From positions 82,274,001-82,338,000 of the forward strand of contig NC_043001.1 of assembly GCF_006345805.1 (NCBI RefSeq): a stretch of DNA of 64,000 nt. Direction: 5' to 3'. A program made the translations under genes and the position numbers. Each line of letters begins with the position of its first letter. Position 1 is the first letter of the stretch. Positions 1-11,781 of the stretch are shown piece after piece. The notes under the pieces were generated by a model. It had not been told where the DNA came from. It worked only from the letters and a program-made list of their open reading frames with translations, and ran no database searches. The stretch comes from Octopus sinensis (lineage: Eukaryota).

Positions 1-237
1 ATTGAAAGATAGGAAGGGGAGGACAAAAGATTTCATATGCATTTTTCATTAAGCATGGATACGGGAAGCAGAATGGGAATACAGTAACGTATCGAATCTG
101 GATGGGTTTCCTTTGAAACAAAGTAACTATTTTAGCTTATCCAATGATATGGGCAGCTTTTCAATGTGGTTATAAATACATTACGTTCTTAAATTAATTT
201 TTGAGTTATATAAAAACTAAACGGACGCCACTGATAA

Positions 238-1029
238 TGGGACCTGTGTCTGAACGTGTCAAAGTGCTGTCATCTGCCTGTTGGCTCTCCTCCTGCAACT
301 CAACTTGATTTCGAGCCGGGTCGTCTGCTGCTGGAGAGGACCGATCAGGTAAAGGACCTGGGTATCTTGGTGGATTCCTCCTTTTCGCCTTCGGCCCAGT
401 GCGTCCATGCTGCCAACAAAGCACGCGGAATTCTGTTCTTGATTCGAAGGTCATTCGGAATGCTCACAGCAGCCATATTCCTACCACTCTATGTCACGCT
501 GGTGAGACCCATATTGGAGTACGGGATTCAAGCCTCTTCTCCTTATCTCCTCAAAGACATACAGCATCTCGAAAGAGTCCAGAAGCTGGCTACCCGCATG
601 GTTCATGGTCTCAAAAATTTGTCCTACGAAGAAAGGCTGAGGACGCTCGACCTTTATTCTCTTGAAAAACGCCGCCGCCGTGGTGATCTCATTATCGCCC
701 ACAACATCATAAGCGGAAAGTGTAACCTCTCGAAAGAGCTGTTCTTCACTCCTGCTCCAGAGCGTCGGCTGCGGGGTCATTCCGAAAAGCTCTACCTGCG
801 ACGATTTCATCTCAATCGAAGGAGAGGAGCTTTCTCCGTCCGGGTTGCGGATCCGTGGAACAAGCTGCCAGACGAGATGGTGAAGATGCCAACGACCGCT
901 TTGTTCAAAGCCTCCCTTGACCTCAAGTGGCCTGAACTCTTTACATGAACACCACCCTGTACTTAACTCCATGTCCCCCTACATGGCCTTGCTATTTGCT
1001 TTTGAGCCAAATTAACTAACTAACTAACT

Positions 1030-1032
<3 letters not shown>
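238..1032 (+). mobile_element. 5'-truncated CR1-group LINE, 3' end (RT C-terminus, 3' UTR, (CTAA)n tail)
   Basis: Open frame 238-948 reads WDLCLNVSKCCHL...VKDLGILVDS...LYVTLVRPILEYG...LERVQKLATRM...YEERLRTLDLYSLEKRRRRGDLI...AFSVRVADPWNKLP, the typical CR1 ORF2 C-terminus; followed by (CTAA)n at 1014-1032. Confidence 0.92.
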
Positions 1033-1075
<43 letters not shown>

Positions 1076-1077
1076 TA

Positions 1078-1274
1078 CAGGGTGTCCCAGATGTCGAGCA
1101 CCTCTCTGGTGTTTTAAAAGAATACACCCTTACTGATTTCAAAACCACATTAATCATAACAAATGCTCAAATTGAGTAGCCTCTACAATAAAACATGCAG
1201 AAAAAATATAATAAAATAAAATGCTTTAATTATTTTAAATGAAAACCAGAATAGTGCGCAACTTCTGGGACACC

Positions 1275-1277
<3 letters not shown>
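1078..1277. mobile_element. 200-bp Tc1/mariner-type MITE
   Basis: 24-bp imperfect TIRs CAGGGTGTCCCAGA(T/A)GT.G.GCAC, TA on both sides, embedded in (TA)n; no ORF. Confidence 0.88.
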
Positions 1278-1330
<53 letters not shown>

Positions 1331-1393
1331 TATATATATAAAGTATAGGAAAGAATGGAGCTGAACGTAGATTTAACAAAATTCCTTTATTTT

Positions 1394-1479
1394 ATTTTCG
1401 ACATATGTTTCGAAGTCTGCAAAATCCCTAATTCCGAATGAATAAGGAGTCCATTATGCAGCTTTCTCTTCAGGAAAAT
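1394..1479 (-). ncRNA. Type I hammerhead ribozyme with intact core
   Basis: Minus strand: stem I AUUUUC/GAAAAU, CUGAAGA, long stem II (GAA..CUGCA/UGCAG..UUC), GAAA, palindromic stem III ACAUAUGU, GUC cleavage triplet (cut between 1400 and 1399). Confidence 0.85.
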
Positions 1480-2040
1480 CCAGGAACTTAATTCTCCAAC
1501 AAAATGCACAACAAGTTTTTCGATGACCGCTCACGAGGAGCCCATAGAGATAATGATAAATAATGTCTATTTATAGGGGGTGACGCCAGATTGGTTGAAA
1601 GTAGGAGAAAATGTCAGTTAAAATAGTTCAAGGGTTCAATCAAGGTTGGAGAAGGAAGGTAAAGGAAAATTAAAGTGAGGGAATGTATTCTGTATGACTG
1701 GTGTTTATATTTGATTTATTTTATGAATGAGTGCTCGTATGTATGAGTGTGTAAAATTGCCTTAATGTGTGTGTGTGCGTGTCTGTGAGTGCGTGAATGT
1801 GTGTGTAGAAGGCAGAGAAAAAGAATTAACGGTCAGGAGGTGAAAAGACTGTGTCTGTGTGTTTGAATGTGTCAACTTAAGAGGGAGAGGGCGGATGGAG
1901 CCCACAATAGTAATGACAAGAGACAAGATTGCTGGAATTGGTAGTAGTTCTTAGCAAATATGAGAAAGTCTTATAAACTAAAGGGATGAGATATCACATT
2001 TTAATTTTGTAGGAAATCCAGGGGTTATCTATATTAGACT

Positions 2041-2526
2041 TCACTGGTATGAGTGAAAGGTATGCTTTTTCCAGTGCAGGCATCTGAAAGATCTCTCGAC
2101 AATCGAGTTTATTACTTGGCCTCGGGCAAACAGAATATGAAAGAGTTCGGAATTACAGAGGGCACAGATTTTTCTGCCCTTATCAAACGGTAAGGACACC
2201 GATAATATTGACCATTCCAGCTTAACGGTTGAATTTGCGTTCTTCAAACGCCAGACTAATTTGCTTAGCCCCGTGGCGTGCTGTTTACTCTTATCACGGA
2301 ACGTGGAAAAATGATTTGATATCCTTGTGGTTAATTTAGAGGAGGTTGCGCCAATATAGAGGTAGACATCGGATCCAGTAGAAATTTTGCACTGGTAAGT
2401 GGTGTTTCTAATTTTGGAGTTATTTGATAAGAACCTTAATCTATTGGGATTAGTTTCCGATACTAATACAGCGTTCTTATTTCTATGATGGTTGTAAAAA
2501 TTACTGCTGGATTCGAAACTATTCAA
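2041..2526 (-). CDS. Penelope-type GIY-YIG endonuclease domain
   Basis: TYQCKIS...LYIGAT...TTRISNHFSTF...HATGLSKLVWRLK...LEWSIL...KICALCNSELFHIL...RCLHWKKH matches the PLE GIY-YIG pattern with its CCHH-type C-terminal residues; starts at TTG, so the true start is uncertain. Confidence 0.8.
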   Translation of the reverse strand: MNSFESSSNFYNHHRNKNAVLVSETNPNRLRFLSNNSKIRNTTYQCKISTGSDVYLYIGATSSKLTTRISNHFSTFRDKSKQHATGLSKLVWRLKNANSTVKLEWSILSVSLPFDKGRKICALCNSELFHILFARGQVINSIVERSFRCLHWKKHTFHSYQ

Positions 2527-2626
2527 CCTATTTTCACCGTGCTTTTTCTGCTGTGAGTTTGCTACCCAGGTATCGGTTATCTTTCGAATTATCCGTAATA
2601 AGATAATTCATTTGTCTATTTAAATA

Positions 2627-2678
<52 letters not shown>

Positions 2679-2754
2679 CAAAATAGTTAGTCATAAATCT
2701 CATGAAGAGATCATAGTAGTAACTATACTAACAAGTAAATTCATTCGCCACGTC

Positions 2755-3159
2755 TAAGTGGCTGTTCTATGTTACTCCTAGTTTAACCCCAGGCAGATTT
2801 CCGCCTGCTGGTTATCGGGGTGACGCTGCACCAATTATATACAATACATATTGCTAGCAGGAGAAGCGAACCTTTAACATCCTCTATCAGACACAGGATG
2901 GCGAGACTGACTTAATTTCGAGCTGCTTGGCTTGTCCTCAGTCGCGAGTACTTGGCCGTCAGAGCGATAGCCAGAGTTCGCTCCCGCCAGCAATGTGTTG
3001 TAAATAAAGTGACCATTGGCCACTCATTTGCCACAAGCAATGTAGCTAGTCGTAAAATCTCAAGAAGAAATCAGATTAATAACTATAAGTGGCTGTTCCA
3101 TGTTACTACTATTTTAACCCCAGGCAGATTGTTCGACAGATGGCTATCGATGTGACGCT
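2755..3159. repeat. Small element with ~73-bp imperfect direct repeats, an internal hairpin and a decayed HHR-like core
   Basis: TAAGTGGCTGTTC.ATGTTACT.CTA.TTTAACCCCAGGCAGATT...GTGACGCT at 2755-2827 and 3086-3159; inverted repeat 2841-2871/2976-3001; related motif at about 62205-62260. Confidence 0.55.
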
Positions 3160-3164
3160 TCGCC

Positions 3165-3478
3165 TGACTTTGTAGTAAGAAGTTTGCTTCCAAAACGCAT
3201 GGCACTTTGGATAAGTGTCTTTTACCATAGCCTCAGGCCAACCAGAGCCTTGTGCTTGTGCTTGCGGTGTGGAAGCAAGCTTCTTACCACATAGCCACGC
3301 CCGCACCTAATAAACTTTTACGTAACTTAGCTGTTCGTCAAAAGGCACAGCTAGAATAAGTACCAGGCTCAAAAATAAGTATTGGTGTCGATTCCCACGA
3401 CTAAAATTTCTGCAAGGTGATGCCCCAGAATAGTCGCAGTCTAATGAATAAAACAAGTAAAAGATAAAAGATAAAAGA
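3165..3478 (+). mobile_element. Rearranged fragments of SINE family A
   Basis: Pieces of the family A head and body plus the 3' tail ending (TAAAAGA)n. Confidence 0.7.
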
Positions 3479-3730
3479 TGGCCTAGTGGTTAGACTGTTG
3501 CACCCACGGTCGTGAGATCGTAATTTCAGTTTCTAGTCCGAGTGGTGCGTTGTGTTCTTGAGCAAAATACTTAATCTCAAGTTGTTCTGCAATCACTTCG
3601 ACACCTGACGCATGGTACATAATGCACCTGGACAGGCAACGTCGATTTGGTGGAGTGAGTGAGCCAATGTACGGCACATTGATTTGATCACTATATGCAA
3701 AATCATTTGTGCAGGTCATTCGGCAAAGAC
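3477..3730 (+). mobile_element. Decayed tRNA-derived SINE
   Basis: A-box-like TGGCCTAGTGG, then GTGTTCTTGAGCAAAATACTT core resembling that of the SINE at 48210-48537. Confidence 0.55.
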
Positions 3731-4866
3731 TGCACATTCAAACGTCGTCTCCGATGGGGGAGTCCATCATTATATATCGTATATTTATATTGCAATTTGT
3801 TTATCCTGTTTAACGCCAATAAACTGAAAGAATGCCATGATACTGCGGTATTTGTCTTAAGAAGGTGTCTCGTATACGCATATAGTGCTAAAAGGCATAT
3901 ATTCATCAGTAACAGATGAAAAGCGAGCAATAGCAGTGTTGGAACTGCTAGATAACGTGGTTTCCACAAGTTATCGGCAGTAGATATCCACTATCAGCAG
4001 TAGATATCAATTACTTGTCAAACCTCGCCTATACTGATATCGAAAAACAGTGACTAAACAATCTCTAGTATTGAAAATAGCTTGCGGGATGCGTAAAAAT
4101 TATATATTAACGATGTAAGAAGTATTAGTAACAAATAATAATACGGTGGTGGGCATTTAAAAAAAAAATTTTGCTGCTGACGCGCCTGTGCTTTTTAGCT
4201 CTCTATGTCTATTCCAGATGGTTTCTTTGAGCGAACATCGCAGTATTATGACGTTCTTACCATGTTACCAGGTTAAGTGGGATATACAGACGGCTACTTG
4301 GTGCAAATAATTCTTCTGCCGCTGATAACTTATATATAACTGTAAAACTGAAAAGGGATGTGAGATTCGTGTCTCAGATAATAAACGTTTCGTTTACATG
4401 TCAGTAGTAAGCAACGGTTGAATGCATAGTCATACCACAGACTATGAATATTAGAACCATATCCATTTGAATCTAGGAGTCAGAGAGAACTACGCAGCAA
4501 AAAATCGTTTTTCATAATTGTGTATATGTATGCGCTTATATCAATATATATCTCTTTACATACACATATATGTATATGTGTGTGCGCGCGCGCGTGTGTA
4601 TGTATGCATGTATGTATGTACGTATGTATGTAATTGGCTTACATTCAGATTGCAATGATGTGTGAAGAACTAGGAATCGAATTAGAGAGAAATATTAAGT
4701 GATCAACTACTGCAGTCACGCCATTTCAACTTTTGACATTTAAATGCCATGCTTCATCTTATCTCTTACTTCTGCATTTATAAGTCGTTCAAAGACCAAA
4801 ACACACACACACACACACACACCACACACACAACACACACACACACACACCACACACATACACACA

Positions 4867-4902
<36 letters not shown>

Positions 4903-5591
4903 ATCTCCCCTCTTTCGTTCTCAATCTCTCTACCTCATATATATACGTTCTCACACATTTGAGCACACACATTTATTCGTCCAGTCATCGTATAACGTAG
5001 CAAGCAACCCCACAAAGTATGTAACTATCGTTTGATGCTATCTTACGCCTCTCTACAATCTAATGCTTGTAATTAACGCATTAACTACTGATATTGCCGT
5101 ATCTACTACTGCCAGATGTCCAGCCTGTAGGCTCAGCTTGTACCTTAGAAATTCCACACTAATATTATGATATCGATATCGATGCTTAAGAGTTTTAATG
5201 ATAACGTGTTCTCGAGCGATCATTTAAATTAGAAATAAAGGTGATAGATTTGCGATCAGAGGATCAAAGGTTGTTTAATTACGAGAAACGTTAATGAATA
5301 ATCATTTATTATTGCGATAATATGTTCATGGATTACCTACTCATAGGAGGCAATTTGTATTAGTTAATACAATAAATATTTGGTATTTGACTTTGTAACT
5401 ATGTGATTTCGCGTTCTATCCCGGAGCGTAGCTCCTTGAACAAATGTAGTGTATGAAAGCCCCGGCTCGACCAATTTGTTGCGAATGAATTTATTAGACA
5501 ACTAACAACTGTGTGGAAGCTCGTCGTGAATATACATATATATGCATATATATAGGTATATATATGTACATATATATACACATACATACAT

Positions 5592-6010
<419 letters not shown>

Positions 6011-6045
6011 ATATATATGTATGTATATATATATATACATGTATC

Positions 6046-6089
<44 letters not shown>

Positions 6090-6235
6090 GATACATACAT
6101 ATATATATATACACATATACATACATACATGCATACATACATACATAATACATACATACATACATACATACATACATACATACATACAACATACGTACAT
6201 GCGTACATACGTACATACGTACATACGTACATACA

Positions 6236-6266
<31 letters not shown>

Positions 6267-6304
6267 TTATACACATCTGTAAGTATATATATTTGTGTAT
6301 GTAT

Positions 6305-6520
6305 GTATTTGTCGCCTACTACAACCACCACTGCTTGACAACCAGCATTGGTTTGTTTGTATGCCTGTAACCAGTGGCTCGACAAAAGATACCTATACAG
6401 TAAGTACCAGGCTTAGAAATTAAATAAATAACTACTGGGTGTCGATTTGTTTCACCAAAATCCTTCCACGCGATGCCCCAGCAAGGCCGCAGCCAATGAA
6501 TGAAACGCATAAAAGATAAA
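6305..6520 (+). mobile_element. SINE family A, 3' half
   Basis: Matches the family A 3' body and tail (...CCCCAGCAAGGCCGCAG...AAAAGATAAAA). Confidence 0.7.
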
Positions 6521-7489
6521 ACAAAAGACAGCTGAATGTTGCTTTGTCAAGGTATACTACATATGTAGTGAAATTTCGGGAGGAAAACGCCATTACTAAA
6601 ATTGCGTATACCGTGGTTTGCTGGAAGGTGCAGTAAGCCCTCAAAGTAGCTACAAATGTCAAATACTTTATTATCTTACTATCTTTCATAGCAATTTCAA
6701 ATATATAATATTACCAAAACTGCATTCTTTTTCAGATCAAGTCATGAATATTTCCTGACCATTTGCAAAATTCATGTAGGACACACATTGTTGTTCTGTT
6801 CAAAAGTTAAAGTGTAAGTTGCTAAATATATAAACATTAATCATTACTACTCATCCGATAGACAAAACTTCACTCATCAACACACTGCGACCAATGTCTT
6901 TTTTTCTCTGTTTCTTCTGTTATAGTGACTCACTGTTCATTTCATCTTACTCAAGATTGGCCTACAGCAGAAATGATTATTCACTCAAGTTTATTTGATC
7001 CATTCACCCAACATAGAAGTCTCACGAACCAATAAGGGAGTTTCTACATGGTCGCTTGGTGTTAGAGATAGCGACCAAATCTTCCTACATTACATTCTAT
7101 CATTTTAAGCAAGGAAGGGAAAATTGCAAGAGATTTGCAAGTATGCGTGATGGTAACTGCCAGTATGCCTTTGATCATAAATCTACTTGATCTGAGCTGA
7201 CAAAGTACTAAATAGCAACAACAATGGCAAAAGTCTTTCTATTATAGGTACAACGTCTGAAATTTGGTGGTGTTATGTCGCACGTCGGATGCCTCTACTC
7301 CTCAACTTCTACTCTGCTCTTCTGCTCAGTTCTCGTCTACAACTGCTACTCTCCTACTCTGCTACTCTACTACTCTGTTCTGCTACTCAACTGTTCTCAC
7401 TCTTGACGTCTAGGCTTCTCCCTCTATATCTATGTATTGGGCTAGCCTACTTCATCGTCTGGGGGCGTCCACACAAAAGGTGGGGAGGG

Positions 7490-7660
7490 CCAGTCGATTA
7501 GATGGAAACCATTGCTCAACAGGTACTTATTTTATCATCCGCGAAACAATGAAAGGCAAAGTCAACCTCGGTTGCATTTGAAACAAGAATGTAAAAAGCT
7601 GGGAGAAATACTGCTACGTATTTCGTTCGAAGAGGTAACAATTTGAGTCTTCCAGTTTGC
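7490..7660 (-). mobile_element. SINE family D, decayed
   Basis: Shares GGTACTTATTT.ATC...GAAAGGCAAAG..ACCTCGG...ATTTGAA with the copies at 15290 and 40830. Confidence 0.65.
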
Positions 7661-8729
7661 CGTCTTCGGCAACAGCAATGATAAGAACATAGATTCCTAG
7701 CTGTCGCATCGACACTCCAAACTCGGCATTAAGCACTTTTTCATGCCCTACCCCAGCAAAAGCTGCCGGCCTTTGACATCAATCTACAAAACTTCTGACT
7801 AAATACCAAATGCATTGACCTCACTTAGTCCACGAGGGCATGCGAAGGTTATGGCTAATTAATCTTGTACTTCCATTAATTAAGTAAATAGCAGAAACAA
7901 TTTACTCGCTAGTCAATATTATAGATTCACATTTCTCGTTATTTCACCTTCCAGGTATTCCCCATCTCAATTGAAAATCATCTGCATTATCTGCGCTCAA
8001 ATATCACAATAGCTTATTGAAGTTTGACACTTCAGTCAGCCATATCAATCTTAAAGTATCTCCAGGAACCTTACTATAACTGAATCAACTCCATGTTCAT
8101 CAGAAAGATCTGGAATGATGCATGTAGTGTTGCTAATGAGAATTTTGAAAGCTGTAGGTTGTAAATGAGTGTTTGAGAAAAGGTGGTTTTGTTAATGAAA
8201 ATCTGGGAAGATGTGTTACTAACACAAGCCTCACATCTCGTTTTGTCCCTGGGTTCCAATACGCTATCTTGGCTTTTATATTAATGCCATGATAATTTTT
8301 CACTATATCATATGTGAGGCAAAGGTCATATAGTGCTTTTTACAACGGCACACAGGTGGATCATTTGGAACCTATTTCATATTACAAACTAGACTCTCCG
8401 GTGGGTCACATTGCAATTCTTGGATATTTTCTACTGGCGTAAGTACGTCTATTTTCTCCAAATCTCTTTTCTTTTTTAAAGACTATTTTGGTTTCAATGC
8501 TAAATAAAATGTTTATCGTTCCCATCTGTTTTGCTTATCATATTTTCTGTATACTCAATATTTTTAATATACTTCCATTTCATAGTAAAATTTGGCATGA
8601 TATGAATATGAAACTTTAAAAAAAAAGCGAAAAAAATTGTTCTAGCGTACCATAATAACATACTTAAGGCTTCCAATAGGCTCATTGAAAAGAAATGATG
8701 AGACGACCCGCGTGCACCAACGTGTTTAT

Positions 8730-9120
8730 GAAGATCTGGGAAGGTGTGTTGCTAAAAGGGATCTAGAAATATGTAGTATTGTAGTATTGCTTATGAGGAT
8801 CTTGAAGATGTGGTGTTGCTAATGAGAATATGAGAAGATGGTGGGCGAGGGTTGCTAGAGAGAATCTGGAAAGATATACTATTGCTAATAAGGATAGTGT
8901 TAGTAACGAAGATTTGGGTAGATGTCGTGTTGCTGATGAGAATCTGAGTTGAAGTGCTGCTAATGAGGATCCAGGAGCATGCAATGTTGTTAAGGCAGAT
9001 CTGGAAAGATAGAGTGTTGCTAATGAAGATTTGGAAAGATGCTTTACTAATAAGTATTCGGAAAGAAGTAATGTTAGATTTAAGGAATATGCTACTCTAC
9101 TATTGATAGCTAGTAATGGA
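8730..9120. repeat. Degenerate ~30-bp minisatellite (GATCTGGAAAGATATAGTGTTGCTAATGAG-like); second tract at 8100-8225
   Basis: Repeated GATCTGGAA...GTTGCTAATGAG units visible directly. Confidence 0.7.
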
Positions 9121-9486
9121 GAAAACAGTTTCTTAATCTGTGAGTCCCTCAAAACCACCACCACCTTGGAAACTGAAGGGAACATTGAAAAGAGTCTGTA
9201 AGATAGCAAGCAGGAACTTTTCCTGACATACTATACCTAAGTCTACATTATCCAGTCTTCATTCGGTTTTAAAAATATAGGGTGAAATTTGAAGGATGAT
9301 GTGGTTGCTATTTTAGACGGTCGAGTGAAAATGTGTCATTTGTACGCACAGAGATCGAAAAAAAGAATATTTTCATAAGATGAAACCAAGAGCTAGGAAG
9401 TGTACGAGTAGACAAGCTGCTAATAGGAAAGTATACCAATAAATCTGGGTGTGATAAACAATAGTCAGAAAGCACAAGAAAGGACA

Positions 9487-9721
9487 GGCATTCCTTCGAT
9501 ATAACTCGACAAAATCAAAACATTTCACTTCGGGTATTTCCCTGGGTTGTAGAGTATAGATATAACGAAATTATGCCAGCATATTGTTCTTACCTGCTTC
9601 ATGTGTGTATTTAAAATCCGCAAATTTCCAAGCAGAAAACAGAATCGAACTGTCATTTGCTTCCACGGAAATACCCGAAGTGAAATATTTTGATTTTGTC
9701 AAGTTATATTGAAGAAATGCC
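9487..9721. mobile_element. 235-bp MITE with ~59-bp TIRs and 8-bp TSD
   Basis: TIR GGCATT.CTTC.ATATAACT.GACAAAATCAAAA.ATTTCACTTCGGGTATTTCC; TSD AAAGGACA at 9479-9486 and 9722-9729. Confidence 0.88.
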
Positions 9722-9796
9722 AAAGGACATGTACAGAATAGGAAAGAGTACCACAGAATCTAAGTATGATATGCAATTGTAAGGAACTATAAGAGT

Positions 9797-10181
9797 TGAA
9801 GCACTCCGTCGGTTACGACGATGAGGGTTCCGGTTGATCCGAATCAACGGAACAGCCTGCTCGTAAAATTAACGTGTAAGTGGCTGAGCACTCCACAGAC
9901 ACGTGTACCCTTAACGTAGTTCTCGGGGATATTCAGCGTGACACAGAGAGTGACAAGGCCGGCCCTTTGAAATACAGGTACAGCAGAAACAGGAAGTAAG
10001 AGTGAGAGAAAGTTGTGGTGAAAGAGTACAGCAGGGATCACCACCATCCCCTGCCGGAGCCTCGTGGAGCTTTAGGTGTTTTCGCTCAATAAACACTCAC
10101 AAACGCCCGGTCTGGGAATCGAAACCGCGATCCTACGACCGCGAGTCCGCTGCCCTAACCACTGGGCCATTGCGCCTCCAC
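9797..10181 (-). mobile_element. SINE family B, full length
   Basis: tRNA-like head TGGCCCAGTGG...GGTTTCGATTCC; 11-bp TSD ACTATAAGAGT at 9786-9796 and 10182-10192. Confidence 0.9.
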
Positions 10182-11272
10182 ACTATAAGAGTAGACTTCT
10201 TCTAAATAGAAGAAAGTAGCGACAAGCCTAAGTGGGATATAGAATTGAAAGGGATCAGTGGACTAGTGCTAATCAGGAGAGGGTATCAACAAATATTTTC
10301 TTTTTCTTTTCGTTGCTTTCGCGGATTCCCATGATTCTCTGTCGCCATCCAATTCTATCATTATGAATTTATACTGGGAGATTGAGTAATAGTAAATCTC
10401 TCATTAGCTGATTACACAACCATGGGCACCACTCCTATGGATGAGTAGCAGTTACTCTTTTCTTTTGATAGAAATTGGTGATCCTGACCATTGGTCTTCT
10501 AGATTTCCTCGACTCAGCATCAATGTAAGAAGCATCGTTAGCTCAGTTGAGCTTTTCCGCTACCTCTTAACAGTCCACCATACTGCAGTCCCGTGTTTTT
10601 TTCCGTATCCCTGGCAGGGTGGCTGAATGAATTCCTATACCTTACCAAAGGGCAACCCGTAACTATGCAGAGCACAGCCATCACTCCATGAGGTCTTTTT
10701 AGAACACCTGCATACAAATATAAGTACGATGTACGCTGGTGAGAAACTACAACAAAAGTGTTCCATATAGGAGAGAGCGTCAACAAATCTAAATATGATG
10801 CAAAATAGTGAGAAACTACTATAAGAGTGGAACACTTCTAAATAGGAGAGAATATTTAGAACTGGGCCAATTCTAAACAGGAGAGAATATCAGGAAGTAT
10901 AAAGTATGATGTACATACAGATAGGAATATGATGAAATCAGCATTTGAAGTACTAGATTGAACTTAATTGTTGAATTTTCGGTCGATGAAAAAAATATCT
11001 GGAGAATCATTGAATTTTTATTTGAAATTCTAATTATTTAGAGAGAACAATGAGATTACGATAATTCTAAAACCAAAGGAGCTTTTTCATGTCATGTCAA
11101 TAATACACACACATACACATATGCACTCCATACTGGTTCACTTATTGTCATACGAAAGCAATCTATATATATATCCACTCAGTGGATTCCTTATGTGTTT
11201 AAATGTACACTGTATTTTATGAGCAATATATATATATATATACACACATATATACATACATACATAAATACA

Positions 11273-11305
<33 letters not shown>

Positions 11306-11308
11306 GTA

Positions 11309-11368
11309 TGGCGGTGCCCCAGCATGGCCACAGCTCATAAGCTGAAACTGGAATCAATCAATCAATCA
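11309..11368 (+). mobile_element. 60-bp 3' tail of the LINE family at 19930-24755
   Basis: TGGCGGTGCCCCAGCATGGCCACAGCTCATAAGCTGAAACTGGAATCAATCAATCAATC is nearly identical to the reverse complement of 19930-19990. Confidence 0.85.
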
Positions 11369-11547
11369 TATATGTGTGTGTGTGTGTGTGTATACAGTAA
11401 ATGTATTTACACAAATGCATGTGTGCATATAAATATGTATGTTATGTATATATGTATATATTTAAAAGAACATAGAAACATACAACTATAAGCACGTGCA
11501 CGCGAAAGCATACACATATACATATATTAAGTCATGTGTAGGTATGC

Positions 11548-11698
11548 AAGCAAGTAAGCACATAAAAGCAAAACAAGGTGGGAAAATAGTACTCGAATAC
11601 CAAAGGTAGAGTAATATGCTTTTTTTAATCTTGTATTTATCACAACTGTCTGACGGACGAGAACGTGAAACTCTGAAAACTTTGCCGCTTTAATACAA

Positions 11699-11700
<2 letters not shown>
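11548..11700. mobile_element. Penelope-type relic: inverted tail plus decayed HHR core
   Basis: 11548-11610 is the reverse complement of the repeat at 25081-25152 (another copy at 57862-57915); CTGACGG-ACG-AGAA-CGT-GAAAC at 11650-11671. Confidence 0.5.

Positions 11701-11781
<81 letters not shown>

Larger units (their letters stand above)
1341..2630 (-). mobile_element. Penelope-like element: GIY-YIG ORF plus pseudo-LTR with hammerhead ribozyme, no RT
   Basis: Bounded by (TA)n on both sides; GIY-YIG ORF 2041-2526, TATA-like CTATAAAT (1569-1576), HHR 1394-1479, AATAAA directly after it. Confidence 0.85.
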
